Notes under the pieces: model-generated | Database searches by the model: none | The model's input: only the letters and a program-made list of their open reading frames with translations | What the model was told of the DNA's origin: nothing | DNA from: Candidatus Omnitrophota bacterium | Lineage (GTDB): Bacteria > Omnitrophota > Gorgyraeia > 2-01-FULL-45-10 | Direction: 5' to 3' | Length of the DNA: 61,129 nt | NCBI GenBank assembly: GCA_903843285.1 | Contig: CAIMPC010000026.1 | Span: forward strand, 1 to 61,129 | In this document: in pieces, positions 1-9,395 of the stretch | Numbering within the stretch: position 1 is the first letter of the stretch | How the letters are laid out: every line of letters starts with the position of its first letter | Position numbers and translations under genes: made by a program

Positions 1-14
1 ACACTTTTTTATTT

Positions 15-100
15 TTATAAACAAGCCTTTTATCCACATATTCACACTATTCACAAAGAAAGAAAAAGAACCAAAAAGAAAGAAACGACCGCTACTATTA
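15..100. promoter_or_regulatory. DnaA-box cluster with DnaA-trio-like motif (possible oriC or DnaA-regulated region)
   Basis: Perfect TTATCCACA at 30-38. Near-matches TTATAAACA 15-23, ATATTCACA 38-46 and CTATTCACA 47-55, all in the same orientation. GACCG-CTACTATTA at 87-100. Confidence 0.5.
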
Positions 101-220
101 TTTCTCTCTTCTAAGCACCCCACTAAATCTTACACTAACTCGCCCATCTTCCCTCCCACCCCACCCCATCGAAACCTGTTGCTCTGACACATCATTTAAG
201 GTAAAATCCGAAATAGCCGA

Positions 221-1042
221 ATGAATAGACATCTCTTCAAAATATTTCCCGCATTATTATTATGGATGACCCTGACCGGTGATCCTGCAACCGCGGCCAA
301 TGCCGGCATCGAATCGGGCACTCTGCGCACATCAGATAATATCAATATCTCCTATACTCATTTCGCTAAAGAATCTGACTCTGCCATTATAATCTGCCCC
401 GGTTTTTACAATAGCAAAAATAATCGCTGGCTGCGTAAGACCGTGGATATTCTATCCACAACTTATGATGTCATTATTTTTGACTTTAGGGGGCATGGAA
501 ATAGCAGCGGAAGCTTCACGTGGACGGCCAAAGAACACCTCGATCTGGAAGCAGTCTTAAATTATGCGAAGTACAGGGGTTATAAACATATAGGCATAGT
601 TGCCTTCTCCCTTGGCGCAGCCACAGCGATAATAACGGCTTCATCGCGAGACGATATCGAAAGCATGGTTCTGATAAGCTGTCCATCGAAGGTAAGCATG
701 ATTAATTTCCACTTCTGGGAGCCTGGAATGCTATCTGATCTTAGGGAAAATATTGAATGCGGCTGGGAAGGAAAAGGCGCGAGAATCGGAAACATATTTC
801 TTCCGAAGGTAGATCCCGTAGAAGCGATCGGCCGCATAAAGAATACATCGACGCTCTTCATACATGGTGATAACGATTGGGTGGTAAAGGATTGTCACTC
901 TAAGGTGTTATATAAAGCCGCCCACGGTAAAAAAGATCTCACGGTAATAAAAGGCGGGCTTCACGCTGAAAGGCTTATTCAATATCATCCGGAAGAGATG
1001 AAAAAACTTATCATTGATTGGTTTTTTAAAACACTGGCGTAG
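221..1042 (+). CDS. Alpha/beta-fold hydrolase with signal peptide
   Basis: FDFRGHG, nucleophile elbow AFSLG, HGDND, C-terminal GLHAE His; hydrophobic N-terminus. Confidence 0.85.
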   Translation: MNRHLFKIFPALLLWMTLTGDPATAANAGIESGTLRTSDNINISYTHFAKESDSAIIICPGFYNSKNNRWLRKTVDILSTTYDVIIFDFRGHGNSSGSFTWTAKEHLDLEAVLNYAKYRGYKHIGIVAFSLGAATAIITASSRDDIESMVLISCPSKVSMINFHFWEPGMLSDLRENIECGWEGKGARIGNIFLPKVDPVEAIGRIKNTSTLFIHGDNDWVVKDCHSKVLYKAAHGKKDLTVIKGGLHAERLIQYHPEEMKKLIIDWFFKTLA

Positions 1043-1067
1043 TATTCTATTATATAATATAAAGATT

Positions 1068-2246
1068 ATGAAAACTCTAAATTTCAAAATTAAGTTCGTC
1101 ACCATCGCAGTAGGAATTATTCTACTATCATCCGGATGTTCATCCCTGCCCGTTCGGGGCGCGAGAAATTATTTTGACAACCTCTATAAGCGCATTCCAT
1201 ATAAGACCGATGGCAGTTACAGGGTGATCGATATCTTTTATGCCACAGACAGGGAAATTTTGGGCCAAGCCTCATCATCGCCCGAATTTGGAAAAAAAAT
1301 TGCCAAAGAAATGACTTATGGACAGCTGGATGTGAAGATCGATCCGGGCATAAGGATAGGGACGATGCTTCCTAACAAACTAAAGCGGCATGGCATAATA
1401 GGCGTGCAGGACGTCGGCACGCTGGATAATGACACATTCATAAAAAAATTATCGGAGGCAGTTCAGGCCTCGCCTCATAAGTCTCTAATGATCCTCGTAT
1501 TCGGGTATAAAGATAATTTCGAGGCCACAGCAATAAAGGCGTCGTATTTCACATATATACTGGACATCAATACACCGGTGCTGTTATTCGACTGGCCCGG
1601 CGATCAAAACGTCGATATCGAAGGTTACTTAAAAGCCCGCGACTACGCCAAGGAATCGGGACCACATCTGGGAAAGCTGCTTGCCGATATCATTGATAAA
1701 GTCAAATATGAAAAATTATGGATAAATGCGTCGAGTCTCGGTTGCCAGGTGGTCTGCGATGCCTTCGATTATATGTATGATATCCCGAGCCTGGCGGATC
1801 CTGAGACCGAGATAGATCATGTCGTCTTTGCAGCGCCGGATGTGGGACAAAAGGAGTTTGATGAGAAGTTTAAAGATGAGATCTCAGCTCTTTCAAAGAA
1901 ACTCACTACTTATGTGTCATCAAATGACGATGCCCTTCTAATGAGCGCTTTCATAACAGGTGAACACAAACTCGGACGCCAGTCGTCAAAAAAACAAGAC
2001 CAGATGGATGGAGCTAAGGATATGCTATATTTAAAGTCTCTGGCACCCGACAGAATAACATTGATCGACGTCACCCCTATCAATCAAGCCTCTTACGGCC
2101 ACGGTTATTATCTGGAATCGCCCGAGTTTTACGACGACTTCTATGCGCGCATGCTTGACGGGGCTCCGAATGTAAACCGCCGGCTATATCTGATGAAGTA
2201 TAAGGGAAATACCGATTATTGGGTCCTTCAGGGTGGGAACAAATAA
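1068..2246 (+). CDS. Alpha/beta hydrolase of the esterase/lipase DUF900-like family, probable lipoprotein
   Basis: IFYATDR, FDWPG, ASSLG, AAPDV, YVSSNDDAL and HGYY motifs; lipobox-like LSSGC. ATG 1068 preferred over 1014 because it avoids overlap. Confidence 0.75.
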   Translation: MKTLNFKIKFVTIAVGIILLSSGCSSLPVRGARNYFDNLYKRIPYKTDGSYRVIDIFYATDREILGQASSSPEFGKKIAKEMTYGQLDVKIDPGIRIGTMLPNKLKRHGIIGVQDVGTLDNDTFIKKLSEAVQASPHKSLMILVFGYKDNFEATAIKASYFTYILDINTPVLLFDWPGDQNVDIEGYLKARDYAKESGPHLGKLLADIIDKVKYEKLWINASSLGCQVVCDAFDYMYDIPSLADPETEIDHVVFAAPDVGQKEFDEKFKDEISALSKKLTTYVSSNDDALLMSAFITGEHKLGRQSSKKQDQMDGAKDMLYLKSLAPDRITLIDVTPINQASYGHGYYLESPEFYDDFYARMLDGAPNVNRRLYLMKYKGNTDYWVLQGGNK

Positions 2247-2263
2247 TAACGTAAATGGCTTAT

Positions 2264-4042
2264 TTAGTTTATTTCGATCGGACTAACGCTTACTTTATTT
2301 TTGCCTGTATGCTTAGATTCATATAATGCCTTATCAGCTCTCTCGATGAGCTCATTCTTAACCTTCTCCTTATAATACTCTGCGACTCCTAAACTTATCG
2401 TGGTCGAATAGACAGCGTCGCCGAACTTAAATTTCTTCTCCGACACAGCTATCCTGATTTTATCCGCCAGGGCCGCGGCATCCACGGCATTGGCGCCACT
2501 CAGCATTATGATGAACTCTTCTCCGCCATATCTGCCAGCAACGTCCATATGCCTGCATTTAGACTGGATAACAGCGGCGATCTCACGCAGAATTGTATCA
2601 CCGGCTTGATGGCCATATGTATCGTTTACACGTTTAAAATTATCAATATCACACATTATTATAGAAAGCGTACGGAATTTAAGCGTAGATACGTTTCTGA
2701 ATTCCGCCTCAAACAATAGGTTGAAATGCCTTACGTTGTATAATTGCGTTAATCCGTCTCTAGTTGCCTGCTTAAATAGATTGGCCCTCTCTATCGATTG
2801 CAGTAGTTGCGTATAAGATGCGGTCAGCACATAAGCGAAAGCAACGGCCAGCATTGGGTAGAACGTAATTACCGAAATATTGAATACTATAAAGAGTATT
2901 ATAGAAAACAGCATGTACAATATTATGGCCGCTACCGCTATAATTACTCCGCTTAATAATCTTAAATTGCATAATGCAGTAGTAGCTACCATAGATATGA
3001 TTATCAAAATAAGAATGTTGACCCATTCGGGCGCTTCCCGCACAAAGTTTCCTGTTAATATACTCGATATCACCATCGCATTTGTACCGACTGCAGGATA
3101 GGTGCTGTCTATCGGGATCGGCTTGATATCTATCAATCCTATGGCGGTGAGCCCTATTATGCATATCTTATCCCTGAACTCATTCAGGTCTATGATCGGC
3201 TTGTCACCCTCCTGAATAGCAGCGTAGCTTTTTATGACATCAATGTAGGAGTAGTGTTTAAAATCTTTACCCCATTTCCCAACCCAGTTAATGATTAGCT
3301 GATTATTCCTATCCAGAGGCACGTTCTCAATCTTGCCATTAACAAGCCTTAACGATAGGTTGTGTCTTCCCGGGTCAAACGATATGCCATCCGGACTGAC
3401 ACCCAGAAGATCGGCACCTACCCTTATTCCCAACTGATAGGTAATATGTCCGTTCAATGCGATTACAGGCGGCGCCCTTCGTAATATACCGTCCGAGTCA
3501 GGTACAGCATTTATGTGGCCCGTACCTTTTATAACATTCTTAAAAATAGCCAACGGTTCATGAATGGCCTCGACGCCCTCTCCTCTGTAGAACGTGGGAC
3601 TATGCTCTATATCTATATCATACACGGACGGCATATAGACAACGCCGGACTGCCTAATAGCCTCGTCGAGCGCAGTATCATCCATCTGATCCTGTGTCTC
3701 AGAGAAGACGACATCGAATGCTATAGCCTTAGGTTTATACGATGAGAGTATCTTTATAAGTGCTGCGTGCCATTTTCTCGGCCATGGCCAACGGCCGATA
3801 ACATTTATACTATCCTCGGCCATATCTATGAAGACTACGTCGGAAGATCTAACCTGACCGGGTCTTACATGAAAGCGGTAATCCAATGTGAGCAATTCCA
3901 GTCTTTCGAGAAAACTGGTATGGTAGGAGATAAGTATGAATGCCGTCACGATAACAGCCAGTATCACCGCCACCTTATTTTTATGCTTAACGGTGGCCTG
4001 ATATACAACATTGTAAATATTTTTCAATACGTCTGTCGGCAT
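2264..4042 (-). CDS. CHASE2-domain diguanylate cyclase
   Basis: GRWPWPR and DSDGILRR CHASE2 motifs, TM helices, then DGLTQLYN, DIDNFKRVNDTYGH and RYGGEEF. Confidence 0.92.
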   Translation of the reverse strand: MPTDVLKNIYNVVYQATVKHKNKVAVILAVIVTAFILISYHTSFLERLELLTLDYRFHVRPGQVRSSDVVFIDMAEDSINVIGRWPWPRKWHAALIKILSSYKPKAIAFDVVFSETQDQMDDTALDEAIRQSGVVYMPSVYDIDIEHSPTFYRGEGVEAIHEPLAIFKNVIKGTGHINAVPDSDGILRRAPPVIALNGHITYQLGIRVGADLLGVSPDGISFDPGRHNLSLRLVNGKIENVPLDRNNQLIINWVGKWGKDFKHYSYIDVIKSYAAIQEGDKPIIDLNEFRDKICIIGLTAIGLIDIKPIPIDSTYPAVGTNAMVISSILTGNFVREAPEWVNILILIIISMVATTALCNLRLLSGVIIAVAAIILYMLFSIILFIVFNISVITFYPMLAVAFAYVLTASYTQLLQSIERANLFKQATRDGLTQLYNVRHFNLLFEAEFRNVSTLKFRTLSIIMCDIDNFKRVNDTYGHQAGDTILREIAAVIQSKCRHMDVAGRYGGEEFIIMLSGANAVDAAALADKIRIAVSEKKFKFGDAVYSTTISLGVAEYYKEKVKNELIERADKALYESKHTGKNKVSVSPIEIN

Positions 4043-4107
4043 AGGCTATCCAGTCAGAATACCTAATATGGCAATGTTTGTCAAGATTTGGTATAATAAA
4101 ACCACAT

Positions 4108-4782
4108 ATGAACAACGCAAATATCGGTATAGATTGGGACTGGGTGAAAGATATCCTTGAGAAAAAAGAAAGGATACCTGCAGGCAGTCAAAACGCGATA
4201 GCAAAATCTCTTTGCAATTCGATTGAAGCCGCTAAGAAATTGGCTTCACCGGAAATAGCCGCCATGAAGAAGATGATTATGTCCTTTGGAGAAAGCGCTA
4301 TAAATATTGTAGAAGGTGAAAGACTTACCGGTTCCACCCTCGCATCACATTTAAGAGGCTCAACGCATGTGCATCTCTTCATCGTGACTTTAGGACCCGC
4401 TATCGAGAATAAAGCGTCGGCGCTCATGAAAAAAGCCGATAGCCTGTCCGGATACCTTCTCGACAGGATAGGCTCGTTTGCCGTAGAATCGCTTGCGGAA
4501 AACCTGGAGCGCGCGCTACGCGCAGAATATGAATCGAAAGGCCAGAGCGTATCGATGCGTTTCAGCCCCGGTTACTGTGATTGGCCCATTGAGGAGCAGG
4601 TAAAATTAAATGCACTGTTGGATTTCTCAAAAGCAGGCGTACGGCTAAATAAGAGTTGTATGATGAAGCCCACGAAGTCCATCTCAGGGGTAATAGGCAT
4701 AGGGCCCAGAGACCTGTTTTTCAAAAAGAAATCTCAGTGTGTTATATGTAGTATGAAGAGTTGCGCTTATCGCAGGGCCTAG
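4108..4782 (+). CDS. Stand-alone vitamin B12-dependent methionine synthase activation domain protein
   Basis: FIVTLG, RFSPGYCDWP, MMKPTKSISGVIG and C-terminal CxxCxxxxCxYR. Start could be 4078 or 4108. Confidence 0.85.
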   Translation: MNNANIGIDWDWVKDILEKKERIPAGSQNAIAKSLCNSIEAAKKLASPEIAAMKKMIMSFGESAINIVEGERLTGSTLASHLRGSTHVHLFIVTLGPAIENKASALMKKADSLSGYLLDRIGSFAVESLAENLERALRAEYESKGQSVSMRFSPGYCDWPIEEQVKLNALLDFSKAGVRLNKSCMMKPTKSISGVIGIGPRDLFFKKKSQCVICSMKSCAYRRA

Positions 4783-5726
4783 GCTTGTTTTATTTCAACT
4801 GCAGGTGCTGTGAACGACTCTTTCTTCAGAAGCATTTCCCAATTCTTATCAGTAGCGGCCTGTATATCATCCAGTAACGGTTTATTTTCCGGCTTCAATA
4901 TATGCCTGAAACGACTCTGGAGCTTCAGCCATTCGTAGACCGGCTTCTTCTCTTTCGGCTTCGAAACTTTATATTGACCGTTCACCACTTCGTATAGCGG
5001 CCATACGCATGTATCGACAGATATCCTACCCATCTCGCATGTCATCTCCGGATCATACCCCCAACCCAGTCTGCATGGCTGAAATACATTAATAAACTTA
5101 GGGCCATCTATAGAAAGCGCCTTCTCAACTTTAGAGGTAAGATCCCTCCAATTACCGACCACAGATTGGGCCACATAGGGTACTCTATGAGCGGCTATGA
5201 TCTCGGTGAGATCCTTCCTGTATTGCTCTTTACCCTTTTTGATTTTACCCACCGGAGCCGTCGTTGTGTCAGCGCCTTTAGGGGTGGCTCCTGACCTTTG
5301 TACACCCGTATTCATATATGCTTCATTGTTGTAACATACATACAGTATATTATGGCCTCTCTCCATCGCTCCCGAGAGCGACTGCAATCCAATATCATAT
5401 GTGCCGCCATCCCCGCCGAATGCGATAAAATTAATCTTCTTACTATATTTACCCTGGCGCACCCAAGATTTATACAGCGACTCCACTCCGCTAATAGATG
5501 CGGCCGCATTCTCAAATGCGCTATGGACAAACGGCGTATTCCAGGCGGTAAATGGGAATATTGTCGATACTACTTCCAGACAACCGGTAGCGCTCGCCAC
5601 CACGGTGTTCGGGCCTGCTGCCATTAAAACTTGGCGCGCCACTATAGCCGCGCCGCACCCTGCGCACGCGCGATGTCCACCCGTAAATAGAGCCTTCTGC
5701 TTCGATAGATCTTTTAGATTTGCCAT
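4779..5726 (-). CDS. porB: Pyruvate:ferredoxin oxidoreductase beta subunit
   Basis: GHRACAGCG, TPP motif GGDGGTYDIG, NEAYMNTG. Confidence 0.95.
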   Translation of the reverse strand: MANLKDLSKQKALFTGGHRACAGCGAAIVARQVLMAAGPNTVVASATGCLEVVSTIFPFTAWNTPFVHSAFENAAASISGVESLYKSWVRQGKYSKKINFIAFGGDGGTYDIGLQSLSGAMERGHNILYVCYNNEAYMNTGVQRSGATPKGADTTTAPVGKIKKGKEQYRKDLTEIIAAHRVPYVAQSVVGNWRDLTSKVEKALSIDGPKFINVFQPCRLGWGYDPEMTCEMGRISVDTCVWPLYEVVNGQYKVSKPKEKKPVYEWLKLQSRFRHILKPENKPLLDDIQAATDKNWEMLLKKESFTAPAVEIKQA

Positions 5727-5727
5727 T

Positions 5728-6906
5728 TTATTCCCTTACACCTAAATAAGATATTCTGTTCTTCGACTTCCCGCTTACTGCATCCGTAAGTTCGTTGTAT
5801 ACAAAATTTATATCTTCTAATTTAATTTCACGTCCACCGAGGCCATAAATGTAATTTAGGACCGGGACTTTGATGTCGGCATCAAATAAGGCGGCTTTAA
5901 CTTCGACGCACAGCGGACCTTCCTGAGCGTTCATCGAATCAGACCTATCCATAACGGCGATCGCTTTCACATTCTTAAGCGCCTCAGCCAACTCTTCCTT
6001 TGGAAATGGCCTGAATACTCTGGGTTTAATAAGCCCCGCCTTTACACCGTTCTTCCTAAGCTCATCGACCACCACCTTAGTGGTACCGGCCGTGGATCCC
6101 ATAGCAACTATGGCGATCTGAGCGTCGTCCATCTTATATTGTTCAAATAATCCGTATGTGCGGCCGTATTTTGTGCCGAATTCCTTGGCCACATCCAGTA
6201 TAACCTTCTTAGAATCCTTAATAGCTTCGACCTGCTGGCGCTTATGCTCAAAATAGTAATCAGTCAGATCCAGAGCTCCTACAGTTATAGGCTTGTCAAA
6301 GTTCAAAAGATAGTTTTCCGGCTTATATTCCCCGACAAAATTCTTGGCATCCTCGTCCGAAAGTATCTCCAGTCTCTCCATGCCGTGGCTTATAATAAAA
6401 CCATCGGTCGTGACGACTACAGGAAGCTTTGCCGTCTCGGCTATCCTGACCGCCTGCAGCATATTGTCATACGCCTCCTGGCAATTTTCGGAAAATATCT
6501 GTATCCAACCCGCATCTCTGACCATCATCGTATCCGAATGATCGCAGTGGATGTTTATGGGACTCGAAAGCGCTCTATTAACATCGGCCATAACTATCGG
6601 AAGCCTTAAGCCTGCGGCTATATATAGCATCTCTGCCATAAGCGCCAGACCCTGGCTGGAAGTGCCTGTCATCGTCCTGCCGCCGGCGGCTGAGGACCCT
6701 ATGCACGCAGACATGGCCGAATGCTCACTCTCTACCGGAACAAACTCCGTATCTACAATACCATCCGCTACGTAGCCCGCGAATATCTGCACAACCTCAG
6801 TAGCCGGTGTTATAGGATATGCCGCAACGACATCGGGATTGATCTGGCGCATGGCTTCTGCCATCGCCTCATTACCGGTTCTTGCTACTATCTTCTCGTT
6901 CGCCAT
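5728..6906 (-). CDS. porA: Pyruvate:ferredoxin oxidoreductase alpha subunit
   Basis: AAYPITP, VESEHSAMS, TSSQGL, NIHCDHSD, GLGGR. Confidence 0.95.
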   Translation of the reverse strand: MANEKIVARTGNEAMAEAMRQINPDVVAAYPITPATEVVQIFAGYVADGIVDTEFVPVESEHSAMSACIGSSAAGGRTMTGTSSQGLALMAEMLYIAAGLRLPIVMADVNRALSSPINIHCDHSDTMMVRDAGWIQIFSENCQEAYDNMLQAVRIAETAKLPVVVTTDGFIISHGMERLEILSDEDAKNFVGEYKPENYLLNFDKPITVGALDLTDYYFEHKRQQVEAIKDSKKVILDVAKEFGTKYGRTYGLFEQYKMDDAQIAIVAMGSTAGTTKVVVDELRKNGVKAGLIKPRVFRPFPKEELAEALKNVKAIAVMDRSDSMNAQEGPLCVEVKAALFDADIKVPVLNYIYGLGGREIKLEDINFVYNELTDAVSGKSKNRISYLGVRE

Positions 6907-6908
6907 AA

Positions 6909-7235
6909 TTATTTCTTTTCGTTAGCTTTAGCTTCTTTTTCGGAAACCATCATTATCGCCTTGCCCTTCACCGGACATTCATGATAACAGATGCCGCAAC
7001 CCTTACAATGTTCGTAATCGTATCCGACTACTTTACCATCCTGAGTTATTATGGCTGCATCGGGACAATACGCCCAGCATGTAAGGCAATGTATGCATTT
7101 ATCTTTCAGGAAGATGGGTCTCTTTGATCTCCAGTCGCCTGTCTTAAACTCAAGCGCGGTACCGCCGCCTATTATGAGATCACCTTCCGGCAGTTCTTTC
7201 CAACCCGGCTTCTTAGCTTTATTCTGAATGGCCAT
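6909..7235 (-). CDS. porD: Pyruvate:ferredoxin oxidoreductase delta subunit (2x 4Fe-4S)
   Basis: KTGDWR, CIHCLTCWAYCP, CKGCGICYHECP. Confidence 0.95.
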   Translation of the reverse strand: MAIQNKAKKPGWKELPEGDLIIGGGTALEFKTGDWRSKRPIFLKDKCIHCLTCWAYCPDAAIITQDGKVVGYDYEHCKGCGICYHECPVKGKAIMMVSEKEAKANEKK

Positions 7236-7814
7236 TTATATCTTTACCTCGCTATACGCACGCTCGATAGCTTTTAAATTACCCGCTATCACTTCCGGCT
7301 TCGTCCTAAATTTCTTCTCGAGCTTCTTCTTAGTGTCATCTATCATCTCTTTAAAATCCAGAATACCTGTGGCTTTAATAAGAGCTCCGAGCATCGGCGT
7401 GTTCGGGATATCCCTGCCTATCGTCTCGGTGGATATTTTAGACGCATCGACTGTGGCGATCTTTATTCCTGCGTCGATCCCAAACTGAGCTCTGACCTCA
7501 ACGGGCGTCTTCTCTATGTTAACTAGGAGAGTTCCGCCGGAGGTCATGCCTTCGGTAACGTCTACGCTGTCCATAAGAGTGGGATCCAGGACTATTACTA
7601 TGTTAGGGCTTGTAACTCCGGAGTGCAGGCTTATCTGGGAGGATGATATCCTATTAAATGAAGCTACCGGGGCCCCCATCCTTTCGGGACCATACTCGGG
7701 GAACGCCTGTATGTATTTACCTGATGCCAAAGCAGCATCTGCAAGCAAGAGAGCGGCCGTCTTTGCTCCTTGGCCGCCTCTGCCATGCCAACGAATTTCT
7801 GTAAAATCTTTCAT
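7236..7814 (-). CDS. porC: Pyruvate:ferredoxin oxidoreductase gamma subunit
   Basis: EIRWHGRGGQG, FPEYGPERMGAP, PNTPMLGA. Confidence 0.95.
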   Translation of the reverse strand: MKDFTEIRWHGRGGQGAKTAALLLADAALASGKYIQAFPEYGPERMGAPVASFNRISSSQISLHSGVTSPNIVIVLDPTLMDSVDVTEGMTSGGTLLVNIEKTPVEVRAQFGIDAGIKIATVDASKISTETIGRDIPNTPMLGALIKATGILDFKEMIDDTKKKLEKKFRTKPEVIAGNLKAIERAYSEVKI

Positions 7815-7863
7815 CTTTCCAATCTAATTCTTATATATGCTTCAATCTACCGCTTACTATTAA

Positions 7864-8667
7864 TTATATACTGCTTGCCGCTTTTGCCGGGCTATCCTTT
7901 TTGGCCAGATAATAAGCCATGAAAGCAGCCGTAGCGACCACGCCCAGGTAGCTATTTACAATACTCGAGACTACCAGCATTAACATCTTCGCGGCACCTG
8001 TCGGAATAACTACCGACACAAGTCCCACAAGTAAACCAATAAGGAAACCCACGCCAAGCGCGATCAGGACTAGCAGAACCACAAGAAGAAGAAGTGTAAA
8101 TACCCTCGAGAACGGGTTTCTTCCTACTGCGATACCTTTCTTAAGCGCCTCTATGGGGCTTAACTCATCGCATACGATGGCATATGGTGACAGGATAAAA
8201 GGAATAAAGAAGTACAGCGCAAGCGCTATCGTTATAGCCAAAACCGCTACGATCGCTGTCCCCGATACCACGGCGCTGTTTAGTGGGGCTGTGAGACCTA
8301 TGGTAAGAGCCGCCAGAAGCGCAACCACCGCCACGAACAACAATATAATCAATCCGAGAATGAATAGGCGGACGTAATACTTCGTTCCATATTGCATAAG
8401 AGCGGAAAGCTTCATACTGCCTTCCTTTATTATGTCTCTGACAAGGCCGAGTGAACCGCCCTGTATAAAAATACTAATCAAAATGAATACGAGGCTTATG
8501 GCCAATAAAGGCAGAGTTGCCTGAGCTGTTACGGCCGAACCCGGGGTAGGGGCAAACGGAAGTGTAGCCAGATTACCTAAAAGGTTAAACACGAACAGGA
8601 CCGCCACAAGACTCATGCCTTTGGCGGTAACGCCAAAACCTTTTTTAATAGCCTCGATAACTCCCAT
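7864..8667 (-). CDS. Integral membrane protein of unknown function
   Basis: About 6 hydrophobic helices; AGGAGG RBS upstream. Confidence 0.75.
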   Translation of the reverse strand: MGVIEAIKKGFGVTAKGMSLVAVLFVFNLLGNLATLPFAPTPGSAVTAQATLPLLAISLVFILISIFIQGGSLGLVRDIIKEGSMKLSALMQYGTKYYVRLFILGLIILLFVAVVALLAALTIGLTAPLNSAVVSGTAIVAVLAITIALALYFFIPFILSPYAIVCDELSPIEALKKGIAVGRNPFSRVFTLLLLVVLLVLIALGVGFLIGLLVGLVSVVIPTGAAKMLMLVVSSIVNSYLGVVATAAFMAYYLAKKDSPAKAASSI

Positions 8668-8777
8668 AACGAGCCTCCTTTTTATGTTCCGACATTACTA
8701 ACAGTAAAAATTAATCTGTCAAATATAGCTTCCATATCGGATAAGTTTTGTCATTATACCCGAAACATCCGATAAGG

Positions 8778-9395
8778 TCAAATGCTTTTTTGCGCATTGA
8801 CCTGGCGCCTGCCCTCAAATGCCTTAGAAATTGTGGCCTGGTCGGCGTATTGAAGATCCCCCCCGACCGGAATCCCGTAAGCTACTCTGGTAATTACAGC
8901 GCCGCAGAGCTTTAACACTTTTTGCAGATAAAGCGAAGTGGCCTCGCCCTCCGTGTTAAAATCTGTAGCTATTATTATCTCTTTAAATTTCTCTTTCTTC
9001 ACCCTGTCGAGAAGTTCTTTTATCTTAATATCGGATGGGCCTATGCCGTCCAGTGGTGATAGCGATCCGAGAAGAACATGGTATATACCCTTAAAATCAC
9101 CCGAACGTTCTATCGTAATAATGTCATTAGGTTCTTCCACTATACATAGAGTCTCTTTATCGCGTAAAGAGCTCTTACATATCTCGCAGTCTTCTTCATC
9201 GCTTAAATTATTGCACACCTTACAGAACCTGACCGAATCCTTTACCTTTAATATAGCTCCGGACAACGCGGAGGCATCTTCTCTGGACGCTCTTAGTATA
9301 TAGAAAGCCAGTCTCTGCGCGCTTTTCGGCCCCACTCCCGGCATCTTAGCTAATTCGTCTATCAGACAGCGCATCGATACAGGAAAACCGTTCAT
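8778..9395 (-). CDS. recR: Recombination mediator RecR
   Basis: HhH MPGVGPKSAQRLA, C4 zinc finger, Toprim YHVL..SPLDGIGP, EGEAT. Confidence 0.97.
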   Translation of the reverse strand: MNGFPVSMRCLIDELAKMPGVGPKSAQRLAFYILRASREDASALSGAILKVKDSVRFCKVCNNLSDEEDCEICKSSLRDKETLCIVEEPNDIITIERSGDFKGIYHVLLGSLSPLDGIGPSDIKIKELLDRVKKEKFKEIIIATDFNTEGEATSLYLQKVLKLCGAVITRVAYGIPVGGDLQYADQATISKAFEGRRQVNAQKSI

